DNA of 61,677 nt, filler included. It is 5 parts of 5 records of this genome, joined end to end, with 100 filler letters (N's around TTAATTAATTAA, not from the genome) between each part and the next. Parts side by side here need not be neighbours in the genome. Positions count along the whole stretch, not along the records: positions 45,966 to 61,677 come from SRR20825019_2635; 4 more parts are not named here. One strand, given 5' to 3'. Both the position numbers and the translations under genes were made by a program. Of this stretch, positions 56,401-61,677 are shown piece after piece (the stretch's first letter is position 1; every line of letters begins with the position of its first letter). The notes under the pieces were generated by a model. It was not told the DNA's origin. It was given only the letters and a program-made list of their open reading frames with translations, and ran no database searches.

Positions 56401-56910
56401 AAGGTTGCCAAACGACCCCAGGCCCCACGTGTACACAACCCCCAGTTCCGATATACAGATGGAATGGTCCGACCCACACACGATACGGCGGATTCGCTTC
56501 CTCATCAAGGCAGTGATTTTGGCGGGCCGCTTCAGTGACTGTGCGTTATTGTGCCCCAGTCGCCCGTTCTTGCCAAGACCCCACGAGAAGACGTCGTTGC
56601 TATCCGATAGAGCGATGGTGTGGTAAGACCCGCACGACACACGGAGTATGTTGATACCGGCAAAGGCCGCCACCTTTTTCGGCGTGCGACAGTCCTGACT
56701 GCTCCCGTGACCCAGCTGATAGTACCCGCCCGCCCCCCATGTGTACACCTCGCCCTGGTTCGTGACGACAGCCGAGTGGGCGATGCCGCAGCCCACCTCG
56801 GAGATCTTGGTCGTGAGCAGGTGCTCGATGGACTGCACGTTGGACATCTTCCCCCCGCCCTTGTGCTCCTTCCCTTCGTCACCATTCTGGAGGTTCCGTT
56901 CCTCCGCCAT
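50413..56910 (-). CDS. Multidomain protein: 14 RCC1 repeats (two 7-bladed propellers), Gap1/DGAP1/IQGAP-type RasGAP domain and C-terminus, PLAC8 domain (6 introns)
   Basis: GT-AG introns (55948-56016, 55438-55515, near 51750, near 51315, near 51140, 50669-50820) join seven ORFs in frame. 14 [YF]xxG..GxLG repeats; LPFGLRWLSKEI, LGPFARLSHAKLEKFGVI, DLLEM; GLCCP...RRSLRIKYQI...CWCFAICQDAREIK. Confidence 0.82.
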
Positions 56911-57621
56911 ACTGACGACAGCTGCTTCGCACTCCTTTACTCTATATGAACCAACACTATGTGGGAACTACTTGTGTGTCGAAGGCCATGCATATATCTC
57001 TGGGATGAGCTTACCAGGGGACAGTGGTTCTGTGCGAGGAGGTGAGGAGACAGGTCTGCCTGGCTCGACCATCCACAACGGCGGACGTTTGTCACGGGGG
57101 CGGGCCCGGTGTCTACGAACCAGCCGTTTGTCGACACGGGCATGAGTGGTAGCTACTCACACACTCGAACGTGTGGCCGCCAATAACGGAGCCAACATAG
57201 TCCGCCGGAGTCCCCACTGCGCCACTCAGCGGCTACCCGGGGTGAGTGTTCTTCCTGACTGGCCCCGGTTTCTGTGGGCTGAGCGGCGGCCGACTTTCAT
57301 TCTGGCACTGAAGGTGTCATCCGCCCTACGCCGCTCAATCACATCTCACTTGGAAACTCGTTACATTAAGATATTCTGTTATAATCTCTATATCATTACA
57401 CCTCGATTGTTTCCCAGCAATCATCGCCCGGTGATCGGATCGCGAAAACTGGATGCGCGGCCGAGTTTGGGGGCCGTCCGCTGACTCACTCGCCGCGAGC
57501 GGGCCGGCCCGGCCAACGCGGCCCACCGGCCGCGACCGGGGGAAGCAACGGTTCGACCGGAGTGCCCCTCCATCGTCGTAGGGTACAGATGATGGCAAAA
57601 ACGAGTGGCTCCAGCAGGCCA

Positions 57622-60291
57622 TCACACCCGGGTGGCCCGGCGCTGGCCCGCCTTCCTTCGACTTGTTTTCACCGAGGGCATGCCCGCCCGCTGTGCAACG
57701 AACTCATCAGCCGGGCACGTTATGAGCCCTGAGAGCCACGCCGCACCTGCCACACAATCACGTTTCCGAGTGAGTCACTGGATGCCAGGAAGGCTCCGTC
57801 GCAGTTCCAACTGATGGCATGGTATCAGCACGTGCTCACATCATATTCGTACTACTCGGGGGGGGGCTTACGCGATATCAATGACCTCGGCGGTGTGCCC
57901 GATCAAGGTGTTGACTTGCGGCTTGGAATCCCTCACAATATCAAAGAATCTCACTGTGCAGTCCTCGCCCCCTAGCATTAACCTCAGCAACGACACACTA
58001 TGGAGCATGGCATATTAGTGCGGTACCTGTCACCACGCAGGAGCTGGTTCCCCCGCCAATAGTCATGCAGAAGGAGCTTCGAATGGCCAGGCCCGCCTGG
58101 GCGATCGGGAATGCACGCAGCTGTTCCACCTTCTTTCGCTGTCACTGGAACGTTAGCAACCCACGTGGCCTCAAAAGTCACATTCCTGTCCCCACCGTGA
58201 GGTTAGCGACGGAGAGAATACGGAGAGCATTGTCGCAGCAATTGATCAGAAGGACCGGGCCTGAGGTGCCTTGGACGCCACTGGAGTAGGACACACACGT
58301 GATGCTCTTGTCCTTGCACACCTTCGTTACGAGGTAGGGCTGGTAGTGGCCCTTCTTCACCTGCACACCCCGCCTTAGCCTCCCTACAGCACCAAACTGA
58401 GCATGTATTGGGCCAACCGTACCAAAAAGGTATGAATTCTGCCGATGGCATCTCCAACGAACAGGGTGTCCCCGTGCCTGTAAAAACATTCAATCCTCTG
58501 GCACATTCCTGGGCCCTGAAAGGTCCAACTGGTACAAGGAGCAATAGATAAACCCCGCGCTTCTCCCTGGTCCGCTGCATATGGGCTCAATGCCTGCCGT
58601 CATTGGCATTCATCCACCTTTCATGCCTCTTACAGAGCCACCTCGAGGTCTTGTGGCGGTAGCCGCAAGCAAAGCCACCACGCACCAAGATTCAAGGTCC
58701 ATAACGGCAAGTACGAAGCCAACAAGAATGGCGGCAGGGGGAAGCGCGGGGACTCATACGCCCTTACACCACGGGGCCCCGCGACCCACAAATACCACCA
58801 GCACTTACTTATCGAACGTCATGCATCGGACGGAGCCCGGTACTCTTGCCTTCTGGAGACACATGCCAGTAGAGACATTGAAGAACTTAATGACCGCGTT
58901 CGCGTTCCCCAGCACGAAGAGGTTGTTGTTGCTCGGGTGGAACAGATTGCCCAGGATTGGCGCCGCGTCGTCATCGTACAGGATGCGCAAGCAGGTGCCC
59001 TCGGTGGGCGACCAGACCCGTGCCGACATGTCAAACGACGAGCTTATGAGATAGGTGTTGGAGTACGACCTGTGTCACCATGGAACACGTCAGTTCCTCC
59101 ACCCAGCCCGAGCCATGAGCAGCCATCACGAACCATCCTATGTCGGTAACACCCTTGGTATGCCCAGTCAAGGTTGCCTCGATGCGTGCACGCGGCAGCA
59201 GCTCGGCAATCTGAACCTTCCCGCTGAGGCTGCCCCAGGCCAGGAGGCTCTTGCTGTCATTCGCAAACTTGACGACGGATACCGGAAGTTTTCTGGCGAG
59301 GGCGCAGTTAGCTTTCGGGTATAATGCGGCAGGTGATAACCGGGCAGCTCGATTCATCCAGAGAGAGTGAGAGGGAGAGACAGAGAGAAGTGAGAGAGAG
59401 TTAGAAGAGGGGGCGTGGGGTGGCTTACTCTTCGTCGTCGAATACATGATGCATTCCCGAGAACGAGAACTGGCCATCCTCACCTCCCGCCCCAGGCCGC
59501 AGCGCGTCACCATCCGACCGCGACATTGGGCGTCCGCCTGGGGATGTGTTGTCTGACGGGACCCGGGGGCGATCGTGGCCCTCCATAGCATTGGGGTCGT
59601 CATCGTCGTCGCTCTCTTCCAGCAGGCCCGCGCGGGGCTTGAGCGAGCCCGACTCGACGTCTATGGCGGCCAGGCGCTTGTTCATTGACTTCTGCTCGAG
59701 GACGCTATCACGCATATGGAAGTACGTGTCACCCCGCATCCCCTTGCTGTCTGCACAGAACCGGTCAGCGCATCACCACTGGGCCCCACCGCCTCACTCA
59801 CTCATCCTCCCCGCGATGGCCTTCTGGGCAAGCATCCGTCGCCGGCGTGTCAAATAGAATTCCATCGGGTCAAGCTGCGCCGCCCCCCCGTCCTCTGCCT
59901 CCAGCGTGTCCCCGCTTTCCAGCCGTCGGGGCGACGCTGGCTTCGCGCCAAGCGGGTATGCGGGGCCGGGCTCCGCCGGGCGGGGGCTCGGCTTGGCCCC
60001 AGAATTGGAAGTCTTGGACACGATCTACAGAGAGCTTGAACGTAAGACACGTCAACGCGCTGGCTGCCCCGGCGGCGTTACCTTGTCCGCTACGTCGAGG
60101 TCATGATAGAAGCAGTTCTGAACGACGCTCTGAACTGACGATATCTCCGGCCGCGGCTGCGACGGGGCGCGCAGGTTGCATTTCTGGCACAGCCAGCGGC
60201 CCTGGTCTCTGCTACTGGGCCAGTACCTGTTAATGCGCGTCAGCATCCATCCACCCTCCGGCTGCTCCCGCCCACGGTCACCTTGGCCCAT
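57622..60291 (-). CDS. WDR13: WD40-repeat protein WDR13, multi-intron; start codon uncertain
   Basis: FYLTRRRRML, FSFSGMHHVFD, VKFAND, GHTKGVTDIGWS, FHPSNNNLFVLGNA, PVLLINCCDN, IRSSFC, GEDCTVRFFD, WNCDGAFLASSDSLGNVIVW follow WDR13 colinearly. Stop 57622 if the last intron is spliced, otherwise 57720. Confidence 0.85.
59361..59400. repeat. Imperfect (GA)n microsatellite inside a WDR13 intron
   Basis: gagagagtgagagggagagacagagagaagtgagagagag. Confidence 0.8.
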
Positions 60292-61386
60292 GGAGGCGGC
60301 AATAGAAGCCACCACAATCGGGGCATACGCAGTCCGCGTCGGCCGACCACTCGCACCCTTCATAGTCACAGCGCCACATTTCCGCAAGGCGGCGGGGCCA
60401 CACGATCTAGGCGGATCTAGGGAGCGAGTCCTCGTTGGGACAGCCCGCGGAGTGAGGGCAGTGTAGCGATGTTGGAACGCCAGGGCTACATACATCAATA
60501 TCAATAGTTTTGCTACCCGAGTGAAAACCCTCGCAGTCGGGCTGCCCGCGCTGGGGGCACGAGTCTCCGACCCGCTCACCACGGGCCGCCGGGGGGCCGC
60601 CGGGGGGGCCCGGGCCCCGCCGGGCCCGGGGCGGCGGCGGGCGGGGGCCGCGGGCGCCATGCCGGCGGCGAGTCGGCCTGGCCCGGTCACGGGTGGCCCG
60701 GCCGCGTGCCCGGCCGGCCGCCGTAGGCCAGTGCCGCCCCGGCCCCGAGTCACCGTCACTCGAGCCCCGCCCGCCGACCTAGGCAATGATCAATTGAATG
60801 CCGCCGGCGCCGGCCCGGCCTCGCCCGCCCGGCCGGGCCGGCGCCGGTTCTGCCGGGCACGGCGGCCAGACTCAGTTGATGTCCTAGTGATCAATTAACT
60901 CAGCCATACTAAAAAAATACTGATGGGCTCAAGTGACCGGCGATGGCGCGCGCTGCCACTGCGCTGCGCCGCGCGTCACGCCGGCCCAGGCTGCCCGGAC
61001 GGACGGGCCGGGCGCGGCGGGGCGGGGCCCGCCGGGGCCCCGGCCGTTCGGGCCCCGGCCGCCCGGCGGGCCCGGGCGCGGCGGGGCCGCCTGAGGGCCG
61101 GTCAGTTCGTCCCCAGCCGGACGGGAGCGCGTCCGTCACTCGAACGCCAAGCCAAGACTGCGGCAACTTCGCCGCGCGCTGGCGCGGCGCGGCGGCTGGG
61201 CCTGGAACGGCGGACGCACGGGTCGGGCCGTTGACTCGGGGTGGGCTTTTGACGTACTGCAGCCCTCCATGCATGACTCGCCTCCCACCAGCCTTGCCGG
61301 TTAGGCTTTGCCTGGCAGTCATGGGCGCGGTCGCCAGCCCAACAGTGATAAATAGGCGCCCTCCCCCTCTTAACACCTCGCACTAC

Positions 61387-61602
61387 ATGGCACAACACGC
61401 GAAGGCCAGCCCGGTGTCAGCCTCCAACGGCACCGGTCCCCAGCTGTCACCGCCGGCGAAGCGGAAGGGCATGGCTTGGGACAAGACTGAGCTGGAGCTG
61501 CATGACGCGCTACAAGGGATGGTCGCACGCCCAGGTTCCGGGGGGCACCGGGCGGACGAGGTGCTGGAGAAGCTCCGCCGGCTGCGGCGCCTTCACGTAC
61601 AG
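61387..61602 (+). CDS. First exon of an unidentified gene (truncated by window end)
   Basis: ATG 61387, 72 codons MAQHAKASP...RRLHVQ then CAG|GTAGCA donor; downstream of a GC island and divergent from WDR13. Confidence 0.5.
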
Positions 61603-61677
61603 GTAGCATATGTACAGAAATTTTGAAGTGGAAAGGGGGCCGGGAGAGGCGGGAAGGGGGGGGGGGGGGGGGGGGGG

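Overview
This window is not one locus. It is five contigs joined by artificial 100-nt spacers (44 N + TTAATTAATTAA + 44 N). Contigs 1 (1-17384), 2 (17485-27624) and 5 (45966-61677) come from a GC-rich microbial eukaryote that I cannot identify. It uses the standard code and has many short GT-AG introns (mostly ~50-80 nt), so the ORF track fragments its genes; I spliced them by eye. Eukaryotic genes: a polyQ protein (partial), an ARM/IQ/EF-hand protein, USP40, a C2 protein, a calcineurin-B-like Ca2+ sensor with a UMA-like tail, a Cys-rich multi-TM receptor-like protein, a two-domain glycosyltransferase, a VID27-like protein, a RING-H2/EF-hand protein, a 2xRCC1-RasGAP-PLAC8 protein and WDR13. 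Contigs 3 (27725-36959) and 4 (37060-45865) are bacterial, Alphaproteobacteria-like. Contig 3 carries purine catabolism (uraH, puuE-uraD fusion, allA), an AhpD/TetR pair and an IclR/two-amidase cluster. Contig 4 is a catabolic operon of unknown substrate (ABC transporter, Rieske oxygenase, extradiol-type VOC, hydrolase, two SDRs, ThDP enzyme, aspartate dehydrogenase, ALDH). Best novelty candidates: the EF-hand-UMA fusion (possible Ca2+-sensing ESCRT-I subunit), the RCC1-pseudoRasGAP-PLAC8 fusion, and the orphan Rieske/AspDH operon. All family assignments are motif recognition from memory, not database searches.
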